Assembly: GCF_009914755.1 (NCBI RefSeq)
Contig: NC_060941.1
Source of the DNA: the human T2T-CHM13v2.0 reference genome, Homo sapiens
Length of the DNA stretch: 64,000 bases
Reading direction: 5' to 3' (one strand)
Positions within the stretch are counted from its first letter, which is position 1. The number at the start of each line of letters is the position of its first letter. Of the stretch, positions 35,439 to 50,910 are shown one piece after another. The notes beneath the pieces were generated by a model. The model searched no databases and was not told the origin of the DNA. It saw only the letters and a list, made by a program, of their open reading frames with translations. Position numbers and translations under genes: made by a program.

Positions 35439-35907
35439 TAGCCAGGATGGTCTCGATCTCCTGACCTCGTGATCCACCCGCCTCTGCCTCCCAAAGTGCT
35501 GGGATTACAGGCGTGAGCCACTGCACCCAGCCTCGATTTCTGGCTTTCTTGAAAAGGCAACATTCTGGCTGCACTGGCGGCATTGCTGCCTGGCAATAAC
35601 TGGCTGTGATGGAGAGGCGGCATCTTCCTTTGGATCAAGCTTGTCCAACCTGTGGCCTGTGGGCTGCACGCAGCCCAGGACGTCGGGACCTACTAACCTA
35701 TTCATCTTACTTGCCCACTCCTGCAGATTTCTAAGCTTTCAATATCTTTTTTCTTTCATTTTTTTTTTTTGAGAGGGTAGGGTCTCACTTTGTCACCCAG
35801 GCTAGAGTACAGTGGCATGATCACGGCTCCCAGGGTCAAGGCATCCTCCTACCGCAGCCTCCCAAGTAGCTGGGACTACAGGCATGCGTCACCAGACCCA
35901 GCTAATT

Positions 35908-35938
<31 letters not shown>

Positions 35939-36120
35939 GTAGAGACGGGGTCTCATTATGTTGCCCGAGGCTTCAGTATCTTTTCCAAAGCAACATGAAA
36001 GAAATGTGACCGTAAATCAATCAGCTTCTTGGTGTGATCTATGTGACGGCTAGGTGATAAACGAGTTGGTCAGAGAAAACTGGAAATATTTCCAAAGCCA
36101 TGTTTACTCCCTTCACCCAC

Positions 36121-36325
36121 CTGTGAGTCTTCGCCTTGGCTGTTTCCGACTCGGAATGTCCTCGCATTGATCCTCCCAATCACAGCCAGCTGAAACCAGC
36201 CTCCTTCCTGACGTATTCAGTAACTTCAGCTGATTGCCATCTCTCCTTCATCTCAACAACCTGTACCACACTCACTGGAGCACTTCGCTTTGCATCTTTA
36301 GTCGACCAGTTCAGATATATACAAC
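36121..36325 (-). other. KRBA2: Candidate KRBA2 5'UTR exon
   Basis: Minus-strand acceptor ctaccttatag and donor CAG|GTGGGT in unique sequence. Inferred from splice signals only. Confidence 0.4.
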
Positions 36326-36649
36326 CTATAAGGTAGGGACGGAGGCTTCTACCTGCCTGTACCCCCTTTGGAGGGCCCACGAATACAGAGCTGAGCACAA
36401 AAGATGTTTAAAGGACATTTTGTCAAAAATGTCGCTTACAGGTAGGTCGTTATTAGCATGGTAGAGCAGCGGTACGGCCGAGTCTACGCTTGGGAATTCA
36501 TTTGCTGACTCTTATCATTTACTGACTAAAGCAAAGTTACTGAGGCCTCAGTTTCCTCATCTACAACCCGGGGAGATGACCAGTACCCATCACAATCGAT
36601 TGCTATGAAGATTCAATGATAATGCAGATAAGGCACTTAATACAGTGTC

Positions 36650-37020
36650 CCCTCACCGTCCACACCACACGGGCACGCCCGCTTATTCCTGAGGACCGGG
36701 CTGGGATGTCGCCTCCTTTGTGTAGCCTTCCTACCCTGACTTCGCAGACTGCTCCCACCGCCTGGATCCATGCCCGTCCACCCGCCAGCTCAGGGCTGAA
36801 CGGCTGAGGCGGGCGCGCGGTGGAGAAAAGAGCTGCAGACTGAGGAAGGTCAGGAAGGAGAAAGGGACACACCAGACGCGGCGTCTGAATCCCCCTCCAC
36901 CCAGAGGCCCCGGAGCAGCAACTCCGCCCCACCTCCCGCCCGCTCCGCCGGAAGCCGGTCAGCGCCAGCCGGAAGCCCCGCCCCCTAGAGGCACCGCGGA
37001 CACCGTGCAGCGCTGTTCAC
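36650..37020 (-). promoter_or_regulatory. KRBA2: CpG-rich KRBA2 upstream promoter and first non-coding exon (about 36735-36940)
   Basis: CpG-rich, with GC boxes, tandem ETS/GABP CCGGAAG at 36948 and 36969, a CTCF-like motif at 36979-36991, and donor AGG|GTAGGA at 36734. Confidence 0.7.
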
Positions 37021-37755
37021 CCAGATGCCAGCTGTGACCTTGGCTAAGCCAGTGACTTAACTCGGGCCCGTTCCCCATTCCCACGTTGTTGCCAAGTCTC
37101 CAGCCTGGAAAGTAAACGGGCTTCAGGTGTCCTGTTTAGATGCTTAAAATGAGGAACGGCAGGAGCACACACACTGCTGCCACCTCACACCTTTTCACTT
37201 CATCCTGACGAAGCTGCAGTTTAGTTTATATTTTAACTCAAAGACGTGTTAGGTTTTGGTTTGATGGCACTCATCCAGCACTTGTGCAGAAAACAAGGTA
37301 AAGGGGGCCCATGGGTCTATCAGATAACCTGAACCCGAGACCTCTCAATCTGGAGGAACAGCTTGAAGAAGTCATCTAGAAGCTATAAAGTCACAGAAGC
37401 TTCTTATCCTATTGAAAGCAAGACTTCCTATCCAATGGCAATACAAACTTTTACGCAGTAAGGTAAAAAATATAGCCTGTCCATATAGCAACCTATCCAT
37501 AGTAAGCAAGTTAAAAGACAGGTTCAAGAGGAAGTGTTTCCAACTAGCTTTTCTTGTAGGCCTTCTTCTTCTCAATGACACCCCTCCAGCTTCTGATATA
37601 TCCTCAAATGCTGCTGCCCACTATAAAAAAAATCTCATCAGTCCTGATTTCAGAAAAATTTTAGACCAACAAATCAGAGGTAAGAGACTGATCCACTGAA
37701 AACTAGGGAGTGTCCTAAATCACCACACACAAAACACAGGCTCTTTGTTTCAAGT

Positions 37756-37955
<200 letters not shown>

Positions 37956-39683
37956 TCACTAAAACACAAGGGAAAGCCCAACATTCAATACCATTTCCCA
38001 AACCTGGGGTAGGTGGATGCCTAATAAGAAAAGATTTTAACTTTTAAAAAACTCCAGAAATCACTCTTTAGCCATCAAACCTGGCTTATTTACTAATTTC
38101 CTACCAACAAAGGAGAAAAGGCAAGATGGTATCAGTAATTCTTAAAGCCTCTTCTGTGCTTCATTATAAGATTTGTTTCTTTTTCACTGAGAAATATATG
38201 ATTCTGCTCTTCTCACTACAGTTTTACAAGCTGTCATATACAAATATATTTGTTTCCAAAGTAACTTCAGGCTGGGTGCGGTGGTTCATGTCCCCAATCC
38301 CAGCACTTTGGGAGGCAGAGGCAGGCGGATCACCTGAGGTCAGGAGTTTGAGACCAGTCTGGCCAACACGGTGAAACCCCTTCTCTACTAAAAATACAAA
38401 AATTAGCTGGGTATGGTGGCACATGCCTGTAATCCCAGCTACCTGGGAGGCTGAGGCAGGAGAATCTCTGGAACCCTGGGGGGGCGGAGGCTGCAGTGAG
38501 CTGAGATGGTGCTATTATTGCACTCCAGCCTGGGCGATCAATCGAGACTCCATCTCAAAAAACAAACAAGTAACAAAACAGCAGGGTGTGGTGAATGCCT
38601 ACTCAGGAGGCTACTGCGGGAGAATCGCTTGAACCCAGGAAGCAGAGGTTGCAGTGAGCTGAGATCGCACCATTGCACTTCCAGGCTGGGCGACAAGAGC
38701 AAAACTCTGTCCAAAACAAAAAAAACCCCACCCCCAAACAGAAAAATAATAACTTCAGAATTTTAATGCTAGAAATTAAAGGTAGCATCCACACATAATT
38801 CCACCTGCAAAATCTTTAGTGAGAAGATGACAATACGATCTTACTCCAACAGTTCCAATCCTAAAAGACATCCAAATTATGATAAATTTTAGTCTTATGA
38901 ATGCGAGGAAAGGGTGAAAAGAGGTGCTGGAAATACAGCATGCAGACCAAACAAAAATCTCCACAGTCACTGAACTCATATTCTAGTATAGGGAGCCCGA
39001 AAACATTTACAAGTGAATCTACATCACTTTGATAGAGTAAGAAGGCAAGTGTGAGGAGGCCGAGGGGCTTTCTAGAGTGATCAAGCAAAGCCCTACATTT
39101 GAACAGAGACCTAAAGTGGTGAGCAATCTATCTATGCACAGGTATCTGGAAGAGAACAGCAAGTTGAAAGGTTCAAAGGCAGGAGATTATCAAGTTTCAT
39201 AGATGTGTTTCTCAAACTTGAGTAAGAATCAACTGGAGGGCTTATTAAAACATACACCTGGGTCATAAGCCCTAATTTTGCCTCAGTAGGCCTGGGCTCT
39301 TAGAATTTATAATTCTACCAAGTTGCTAGGAGGCGAGCAGACTAGAACATATAGAATGGAAAAAGATGTCAGAAGTAAGGGAAGATCAGTTAAGGTCTTT
39401 ATTTTTTTTCTTTTTTTTTTTTTGAGATGGCGTTTTCACTCGTTGCCTAGGCTGAAGTGCAATGGTGCGATCTCGGCTCACTGCAACCTCCGCCCAATAT
39501 ACATAATGGGACAGGCATGGTGGCTCATGCCTGTAATCCCAGCACTTTAGGAGGCTGAGGCAGGCAAATCACCTGAGGTCAGGAGTTCAAGACCAGCCTG
39601 GCCAACATGGTGAAACTTTGTACTAAGAAGTACAAAAATTAGCCGGGTGTAGTGGTGCACGCATGTAGTCACAGCTACACTCA

Positions 39684-39785
<102 letters not shown>

Positions 39786-39990
39786 TCAAAAACAAACTAA
39801 CAGAAACATAATGACCGTTAACACTTTGATGTCAGAAACATTTTAAATGGTATTAGAATTTTCAATACAAGTGCAGTAGTATTTACTTTAAAATGTTTTT
39901 TTCCAGCACATGTAAAATCAAGGACTATTTCTATGGCCTTGCTCTGTAAACAATCATGTCAACAATAATTGCCATAATTTCCTTCTCTCA

Positions 39991-40152
<162 letters not shown>

Positions 40153-40910
40153 CTAAGAGCAAATTCAAAAGTAACAAATATTTGAATAAAAGATTAACCT
40201 TGTAAATCAAGTAAACAAACTCATGCATACACCATTCACCCTATCATTATATTAAAAGGTTAAAAAAAAGAGCCCAGTTCGGCAACCTGTAAGAAGTTGA
40301 CAACAAGGAATCTGTTACTCCATCTCAAAAGCAGCAACAGACCAAGAGTATTTAAATCTGAACCCATTAATGTGTGCAACCTACTGCTAGTCAGAGGGCA
40401 GCAACAAATGCTTAACGGAACAAACCAATTCTTTCCCAAAGGTTAGTGGACAGGAATCCCAGTGGTCCTCAGTTTGTGAGGACAAGTATTTCTGAACAGA
40501 TTCTTCTTCCCAGTTTGTGACTTTCTTGCATTGGTATGTATTGAAAACAGAGATGACAGTTTTCAAGGTCTACTGGCAAGTTTAGCACTACTGCAGCAGG
40601 GACCAACGGCTGTTCTCAACCCACACTGCTTATTTGGGAACCCATTTCATCTTTTTGAAATAGGCATGAAAAAATATTGATGGTGTGTATGTAAATGGCT
40701 TTAGAGACTGCCTGAATTCTTTAATCACTAGCTGCACTACAGATTACACCTAAGGGTCATTTATAGAAACCTTCACCTAAATAGATGCAACAAATTATTT
40801 ACCTGTAAGTGCAAACGATAACGTGACTGTGCTTCAGTTACAGCTCCTGAATCTAGATTGGGAGCAATTCTGTTTACTGGTCCTCAACTGCCTCTTCAAT
40901 GACCAAACAT

Positions 40911-41607
40911 TGAAACCTCCTTTCCAAAAATTGCCAACAGTGAGAAAATTACAGCAGTTAAAGAGAACTGACCTAACTCCCATCTTGCTTCTAACCTCCA
41001 AGATGTCCTTGTTCATTCCTGGGCATAGACCAAACTAACTTTGGGAGGAACTTAGTCTACAGGTTAACTTTGAAACAAAGATGCTAACAGTGCTTTCCTG
41101 AAACAAACCCCCTTCTTGCCTGGGTACCAGACTGCCTTTGTAGGCTAACAAATTAGCTGCAAGACTAGAAATTACAGTTTAGGCAGCTAGAGGCTTCCCC
41201 AATTGCTCCTAGGGATAACACACTGTAAAGCCTAAGATTTGTGTGATTTTTTTTTTCAGACCCTGCACTGATGGATCCGCTGGTGCCACCCAGATCAATA
41301 AACTGGCTCATCTGATCTTGTGGCCCCCATCCAGGAACCAACTCAGAGCAAGAAGACAGCTTCAACTCCCTATGCCTTCATCTCTGATACGACCTGTCAA
41401 CACGCCCCACTCCCTGGCCCCCTACCTGCCAAATTATCCTTAAAAAAACTCCCATCCCTAAATTTTCCGGGAGAATGATTTGAGTAGTTAACTCTGGTCT
41501 CTCGTTCTGGCTCTGCATGAATTAAACTCTTTCTCTATTGCAATTCCTGTCTAGATAAATCGGCTCTATCTGGACAGCAGGCAAAATGAGCCTGTTGGGT
41601 AGTCACA
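40911..41607 (+). mobile_element. LTR8/LTR8A-like ERV1 solo LTR, antisense in an RPL26 intron
   Basis: TGAAACC...ctccatcttgcttctaacctccaag...gtccttgttcattcctgggc...CA terminus. Flanks acat/atat. Confidence 0.8.
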
Positions 41608-41923
41608 ATATATTGATAAAAGGATTAATCCCAAAGCAATGTTCTGATTATGTCACCTAATTATGGTCACATCATCTGACGTTTGAGGAAACTGATTTTC
41701 GGGCAGGATCCCCAGGAGTTGGAGACCAATCTGGGCAGTAAAGTGAGACCCCTCTCTACAGAAACAAAAAAAAGGTCCTACATGGGAGCATCACTTGAGC
41801 CCACAAGAGCCATGACCACGCAACTGCACTCCAGTCTGGGTAAGAGTGAGACCCCATCTCAGCCGGGCACGGTGGCTCACGCCTGTAATCCCAGCACTTT
41901 GGGAGGCTGAGGCGGGCTGATCA

Positions 41924-42167
<244 letters not shown>

Positions 42168-42301
42168 TCACCAAATAATACAATTAAAAACTGAAAAGCA
42201 GCTTACTTACTGTTTTTTGGTCCCTGGCTCAACTCATCTTGCCACTCTTTGGGAGCAAGAGTCTCAGAAGCATCTTTCTCAGGAATGCAATCCCTCTTCT
42301 A

Positions 42302-42568
<267 letters not shown>

Positions 42569-43179
42569 TCATCCAGCTTCCAAACAAATAACCGCAATGA
42601 TTTTATCTTGATAGTCTAGAATGATCATAGGCAGTGTCATGTTGTGCAACTTCAACAAAAACTGTTTGATCGGAAGGGCCTATCAACCGAAGCTCGAAAC
42701 TTTTTATTTTTTGTTTTATTCGGGTGTTTTCTGTATATGTTTACGGACTAAAGACTTTTGCATCAAAAACACTTGTCCTAGTTATAAGACCTTTTAGTTA
42801 CACTCTCCCAACTCCTCAAGTAGTGCCTGAGGAAATCAAGACTGGACTTACATCTCTGCTGAGCAGACCGACAACGCAATTCTCTTAACTATAACCTCAC
42901 GTTTTAGAAGGTACAATCAACGTTCATCTTCTACAGGCTTAAGAGTGAATACGTATAGCCCCGCCAAAATGAATAAGGCCCACCAACCCGAACCTGGAAA
43001 AGCCTGCACACGTCTCGGGTCCTAAAAGCCTCCCAGTGGGCAAGTGTGGTCTGGAAATTCCGTGAAGACTTTACCGAGAAGTTACTTCGAGACCATTCTC
43101 TAGGAAACGACACTACCCAGACTCCAGTCTATTTCCACAGGCTCCCTTCCCTCAGCTCGTTTTCGAGTTCCCAAATCCC

Positions 43180-44230
43180 CGGTCCCTCCATCCATCTCCG
43201 GCCCGGCGGCCCTTGATTTAAGAAAGCAACAGATAAAAAACCATCCCAGTCTCTCCTTCCTGGCTGCTACTCGGCCGACAAGAGACTCTCGGGGTCCCCG
43301 CGGTCGGAAGCCACCATGCCCAAGAACGGATGGCTGCTGATTACACCCGCTTGCCCGCCGAATCCTTACCCGCTCCCGCTTCGGTGATGGCCGCAAAAGG
43401 GAAGAGAACTACACGCTGCTTCCGGTTCTGTAAGTTTACCAAAGATCTCGCGAGACCTATGTCTCTCGGAGCGAGAGGGGCGCGGAGTTTGAGCGAGGGG
43501 AGTAAACTGGGAAATAAATTTATGGCTAGTGTCACCTAGTGGCTAGGAGGGGAACTGCGAGGGATTGCAAAACTCCCCTCCTCCAGGTCCTAGTGTCTCC
43601 CTTCCGAGACCCGGGTGCTGCCGCTGAATCCTCTGGGAAGGGTAGTCCCGGGGCTATTGGCTAAGGCTGCTCAGGGTCCAACTGCCCCTGGGGGTGATGA
43701 AGGAACGAGCGGCCCCAGGAGACCGCCCAGGAGACCCGCTGGTACCTTCACTCCCAGGTGCCGGGGCGGGGGCCGGCACCCCTTAGCCGGGGAAGCGCAG
43801 GCCCTGCTTCTGGCCGCCAGGAGGCGCGGGGACGCCGGCCGGCCGGTCGCCTGGGTCCCTGCACTCACCGTCCCCTCCCGCCCGTGGCGTGGGCGCGGCC
43901 AGCGTGCCGGTACTTTAACGAGCTCCACCGCGACGCCGGCCACCGCCCCTGCACCTGGGCGTCTGCTGACCGCACAGCAGGGCCCGCCAGAGATTCAGTT
44001 CTGGGTGGTGAGGGGCCTTGCGAGGACCAGGGCCACCGATCGCCGCCTGCCCCCGCGGAAATAGGTCCAAGGCCGCGTTTCCAAGGCGCCCCCAGTGCTG
44101 TGGGAGGTGCTGGTCCAGACCACGCTTCGAAGGAGCCAGGCGAGAGGAAGCCTCTCGGTGCGGGGAGCTGCGCGGGTTTCTAAATGCTCGGCCTGTTTGC
44201 GTCCAGTTCAGGACCAGACGGAAGCCGTGC
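43180..44230. promoter_or_regulatory. RPL26: RPL26 CpG-island promoter
   Basis: High CpG density. YY1-like GATGGCCGC at 43386-43394, ETS CTTCCGG at 43419-43425, palindrome TCTCGCGAGA at 43446-43455. Confidence 0.85.
43370..43406 (-). other. RPL26: RPL26 non-coding exon 1 with 5'TOP tract
   Basis: CTCTTCCCTTTTGCGGCCATCACCGAAGCGGGAGCGG|GTAAGG. Confidence 0.85.
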
Positions 44231-44261
44231 GCTCCCTGCAAATGGTTTCTTTTCTTCTTCT

Positions 44262-44263
<2 letters not shown>

Positions 44264-44312
<49 letters not shown>
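44264..44312. repeat. (GT)n microsatellite, about 24 units, at an Alu tail beside the RPL26 promoter
   Basis: Seen directly. Confidence 0.92.
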
Positions 44313-44314
<2 letters not shown>

Positions 44315-44330
44315 TTTTTCTTCTTTTTGA

Positions 44331-44615
<285 letters not shown>

Positions 44616-45914
44616 TGAGGCAGCGGCAGTGCAGCAGGCACCGGCGCTGAACGGCTTCTGCTGAATGAATGACACGGGTGTCACAGTGACAGAGGACAGG
44701 CGTTTCACAAGAATACCGAAGACGTAGTGAGCCTTCTGAGTGTGGGGACGCTCTTCTCTACACTTTACATCATGAATTCTTTTAATCCACAAAATGGCTC
44801 TGTTGTTGCTGGTATTATTGTCCCCATTTTACAGATTGGGCAACTCAGCCACAGAGAAATGAGAGGAACTTGGTGCAAGGTTATACAGGACCCATAAGTC
44901 ACAGCAGAACCCGTGCAGGCTGGCTCCCCGGCCTCTTCTGGGAACTGTATATGGCCCCAATTTGTGGGAACCTCATAGTCAGGACTGCCCAGAGGATGGT
45001 CAGCAACGAACATGCGTTTTCATGATTTAAAAATAGTTGTGTTCTTAAATATGCTGTGAAGGAAGTAGCCCTAGATTTTATTCATCACTGAAAAATTCAG
45101 CAAGAATTCCTCTGCTGCGACTCTTTTCAACAAATATTTATGAGGCTTCTTTCCTGGGCCAGCCCTGAAACTAGACACTGGCGATGCAAAATAGGTCAAA
45201 GTTTGTGCCTTCAGGAAGTTTACTGTCTACAAGAAAAGATAGACAAGGGAATCAACAGCTACGAGACCACAGGAAAAGTGCTCGCTGAGCCAGCTGCCCT
45301 TGCTGTCTCTGTGATTCAGGAGCAGAAGGGAGCTCTGGGGTCAGGGAAGACTTCTGAGGTGAGGTCAGCATTGACTGGAATTGGAAGAATGTTAGCATTC
45401 GCTCCACAAGGCAGTAGGAATTGCTTGAAGGAAGGCTTGGAGGTGTGAAGCAGCGTGACTCGTGTTTTCCAGGAACCAGGTCCTTGCCGCTGAAGAGAGG
45501 CATTTAGACGGGAGCCCAGGGGCTCTAGGGCTGAGCTGAGTGTGATTTGGGTCTGGAAGTCCTAGGGAGCTGCCGAAGGTGCCTGCCTTCCTTCCTTGCC
45601 TTGCCTTTCTGGCCTTCACGTTGTCACTCCTTCTCTTTCTTCCTACTGTCCTTACTAGTTTCCCAACTCCCTTCCTGTTCGGGTGTCCCCATCGTCTTCC
45701 TGTCTTCCCACCAAGGCCCTCTCTGTTTCCTCAGCCCTCACATCCTCTGCTGACACCCTACCCTCCCAGGCCTTCCTTTCTTTCTCCCTCTGTTCAATAC
45801 CGAGTCTCAAAATGAAACCTTCAGGCCGGGCATGGTGGCTCACGCCTGTAATCCTAGCACTTTGGGAGGCCGAGGCAGGCAGACTTGAGGTCAGAAGTTA
45901 AGGCCAGAAGTTTA

Positions 45915-46139
<225 letters not shown>

Positions 46140-46409
46140 TCAGCCCACCATCCATACAGCATGACACTTGATACAATGTGAAAATTTGCAGGGTACAAAT
46201 TGTCCATACAGATGCAAATGGCCAGTAGCCTAGTTAGAACGTCCCTATCTGTTTTTTTTTGTTTTTTGTTTTTTTTTTGAGGCGGAGTCTCGCTCTGTCA
46301 CCCAGGCTGGAGTACAGTGGCGCAATATCTGCTCACTGCAACCTCTGCCTCCTGGGTTCAAGCAATTCTCCTGCCTCAGCCTTCTGAGTAGCTGAGATTA
46401 CAGGCATGA

Positions 46410-46781
<372 letters not shown>

Positions 46782-47601
46782 TAGCCAGGATGGTCTCGAG
46801 CTCCTGACCTCGTGATCCGCCCGCCTTGGCGTCCCAAAGTGCTGGGATTACAGGCGTGAGCCACCGTGCCCGGCCCCCTTTCTCTTAACGTGTCTGTTGG
46901 GTGTCTTGCCTTCACCCTGCAGCCTAGTCTGACTGCACTCTCTCTCCCTCGCTGCCCACATTCCTCTTCCTGGATTTGAAAAAGGTCCCTTTAGGATCAT
47001 TTTGAAGCCTTCAGACATAGCAAAGCAGGGATTATAGCTAGATTCCACACCCAGAGTTGATTAGACTTAACTTTTTTCTAAACACCAAGCTGTCAGGTTT
47101 ATTCATTCATTCACTCATTCTCCAAATATTTCTCCAGCTCTTACTGTTTACTAAATTCTGTGTCAGGCACTGGAGATACCAAGATCTATAAGATCTAGCC
47201 TCCCCGGAAGGAGCACTTCGTTAAGGAGGAGACAGATGTGACCAGATAAGCATAATCAAGTGTCACCGATGGATGCTTTGTGGGGGATGGGGGGGCGGCG
47301 TAGGAGCTGGCAGTTCCCTTGAGCAAGGAAGTGGGCACGTCTTCAGAGGTAACCCTGGAACTATACTGTTTCTGAAAAGCTAGGTAGGAGTTTTCCAGGT
47401 AGATGGGGTGGAGTGGGGGTTGGGGTGGGGGGAGTGTGTTTCAGGCGGAGTGAGGCTCATAAGCAAAGGCCCAGGCCTGCACCCCACTGCATATTGGGAA
47501 CTGCAAGTGGTTTGTGCTGAGAATGAGCTGTGGAGTTAATTTATCCCGGTAGGAGGAGGAGTTGTAAGGGTGAGGCAAAGTTGTTTATTGTGTGTCCCTG
47601 A

Positions 47602-47727
<126 letters not shown>

Positions 47728-47818
47728 TGAGTAGCTGGGATTACAGGTGCACGCCATCATGCCTGGCTAATTTTTGTATTTTTAGTAGAGACAGGGTTTC
47801 ACCATGTTGGCCAGGCTA

Positions 47819-47914
<96 letters not shown>

Positions 47915-48260
47915 TTATACTGACAAGGAGGTCAAAAGGAGATAGCAGCTGAGTGGTCTTGTGAGTCACACAGGGTTCAGTGAGGGGAGAGGTTATGGAA
48001 CTGTTTCTGAGGGGCACAGAGGTCTCTAATATGCCTGTCCAGGATCCTGGCAACCCTCGTCAGGGCCCTGCTGGCAATGCTATGGATCCTTAAGCTTGAC
48101 TGGTAGGCTCAGACTGTGTAAGTGTGTATTACTGTTAAAGGTTATTATGATGGGAAGTGGCTGTGTGTGTGTGTGTGTGTGTGTGTTGCAGGGGTTGGGG
48201 TGCCTCTGGACAAGGGGAGGAAGAGAAAAGCAACTAAGTTTAACCCTAGGCATCCATCCC

Positions 48261-48304
<44 letters not shown>

Positions 48305-48357
48305 CTATCTATGTATCTATCTATCTATGTATCTATCTATCTATCTATCTGTCTATC
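48261..48357. repeat. (TCTA)n tetranucleotide STR; nearby (GT)n at 48162-48185 and (CTTC)n at 49187-49260
   Basis: Seen directly. Confidence 0.9.
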
Positions 48358-48919
48358 TCTGTCTGTGTAATGGTATTGTCCTGTAGTGCCCTCACTGCAT
48401 GATGGTTGCTTAAAACAAAAGATTTTATTTGAAAACAAAGAGGAAAAGAAGAGAAGGGGGAATCAAAATAAGCACATTCAATGACGGGGCCCAGAGTAAT
48501 GCTCAGGAACTCAGGAACACTGAGAACATTAAATTTTTAAACCTTACTCCTTGGGCGCCTGTTAGCATAAGATGTCACACCTCCAACCAGACAAACCAGC
48601 CCCACTAAACCAGTAGTTGACACTCTCGAACCACAGGACAGGTGGTTTGGCAGCTCTTGACTGTTCTTGGGGCAATCTTACTTGGCAACAGGCGTGTACA
48701 CTGAAGATATCTTTAGCTTCTAATAATTTTTCAATTCAGTTTTTGAATGTTAAATTTACTTGGTTCAAACATCAAAAGGGATAAATTTAAGGTAAAGTGA
48801 GGCCGGGCGCAGTGGCTCACGCCTGTAATCCCAGCACTTTGGGAGGTCAAGGTGGGTGGATCAAAAGGTCAGGAGATCAAGACCATCCTGGCTAACACGG
48901 TGAGATCCTGTCTCTACTA

Positions 48920-49153
<234 letters not shown>

Positions 49154-49446
49154 TCAGAATTATTAGTGTTTTGTACATCTTCCCAACTTCCTTCCTTCCT
49201 TCCTTCCTTCCTTCCTTCCTTCCTTCCTTCCTTCCTTCCTCCCTCCCTCCCTCCCTCCCTTCTGCCCTTCTTGTCTTTCTTTTCTTTCTGTCATCAAGGT
49301 CTTACTCTGTTGCTCAGGCTGGAGTACACTGGTGCAATCATAGCTCACTGCAGCCTCCTGGGCTCAAGGGACCCTCCCACCTCAACCCCCTGAGTAGCTG
49401 GGGCTACAGAGGTGCGCCACCACAAGGTAATTACAATTTTTTTTAA

Positions 49447-49572
<126 letters not shown>

Positions 49573-49586
49573 TGATGCATAAGTAA

Positions 49587-50075
<489 letters not shown>

Positions 50076-50463
50076 TGATATTCCCTGGACCTTAAGATAG
50101 ATAACCAGTACCCTATTGATTAGCATTTAGGGTTTTTCCAATCCTTTATTTTTATAAACAATGCTGCAATTATATAGCATCACATGTATGCTGCTGCCCA
50201 TACATGCAAGTATATCTGTAGGATGTTTCTAGAACAGGAATTGCTGGAGCAAAGCAGAAATTTTGGTAGATAATGTCACATTGCCCTTGATAGGGATTTT
50301 AATAATACACATTCCCACTAACCATTCCTCTGCCTCCCTCAGCTTCAGTAGCGGAGTGGGTTATGAGGCTTCCAGGTTTCGACAAGCTCATAGGTGAAAA
50401 ATGGCATGCCAGCCAAATTTTAATTTTAATTTCTTTTGCAACTGTGGTTGAATAGATGTGTAA

Positions 50464-50793
<330 letters not shown>

Positions 50794-50904
50794 TGAGACA
50801 CCGCATCAAACTTTTTCACCTAAAGTGAATTGTCCTTCAAGTCCAGGCTCGGAGCTTCCCACATAAATTGCAGAGTCTCTGGAATCTTTGAGAAAATATA
50901 TACC

Positions 50905-50910
50905 TTTATT
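50905..50910 (-). terminator. RNF222: Candidate RNF222 poly(A) signal (alternative at 51134-51139)
   Basis: AATAAA on the minus strand about 2 kb after the stop. Confidence 0.5.

Noticed and set aside
35690-36110. Possible decayed SCAN domain upstream of KRBA2 (minus-strand fragments EIFPVF..., HTKKLI)
   Set aside because: Only a few matching residues in different frames, with wrong spacing. Not supportable without an HMM search (PF02023).
47281-47435. G-run clusters (potential G-quadruplex)
   Set aside because: Intergenic, within degenerate L2-like sequence, with no contextual support for function.
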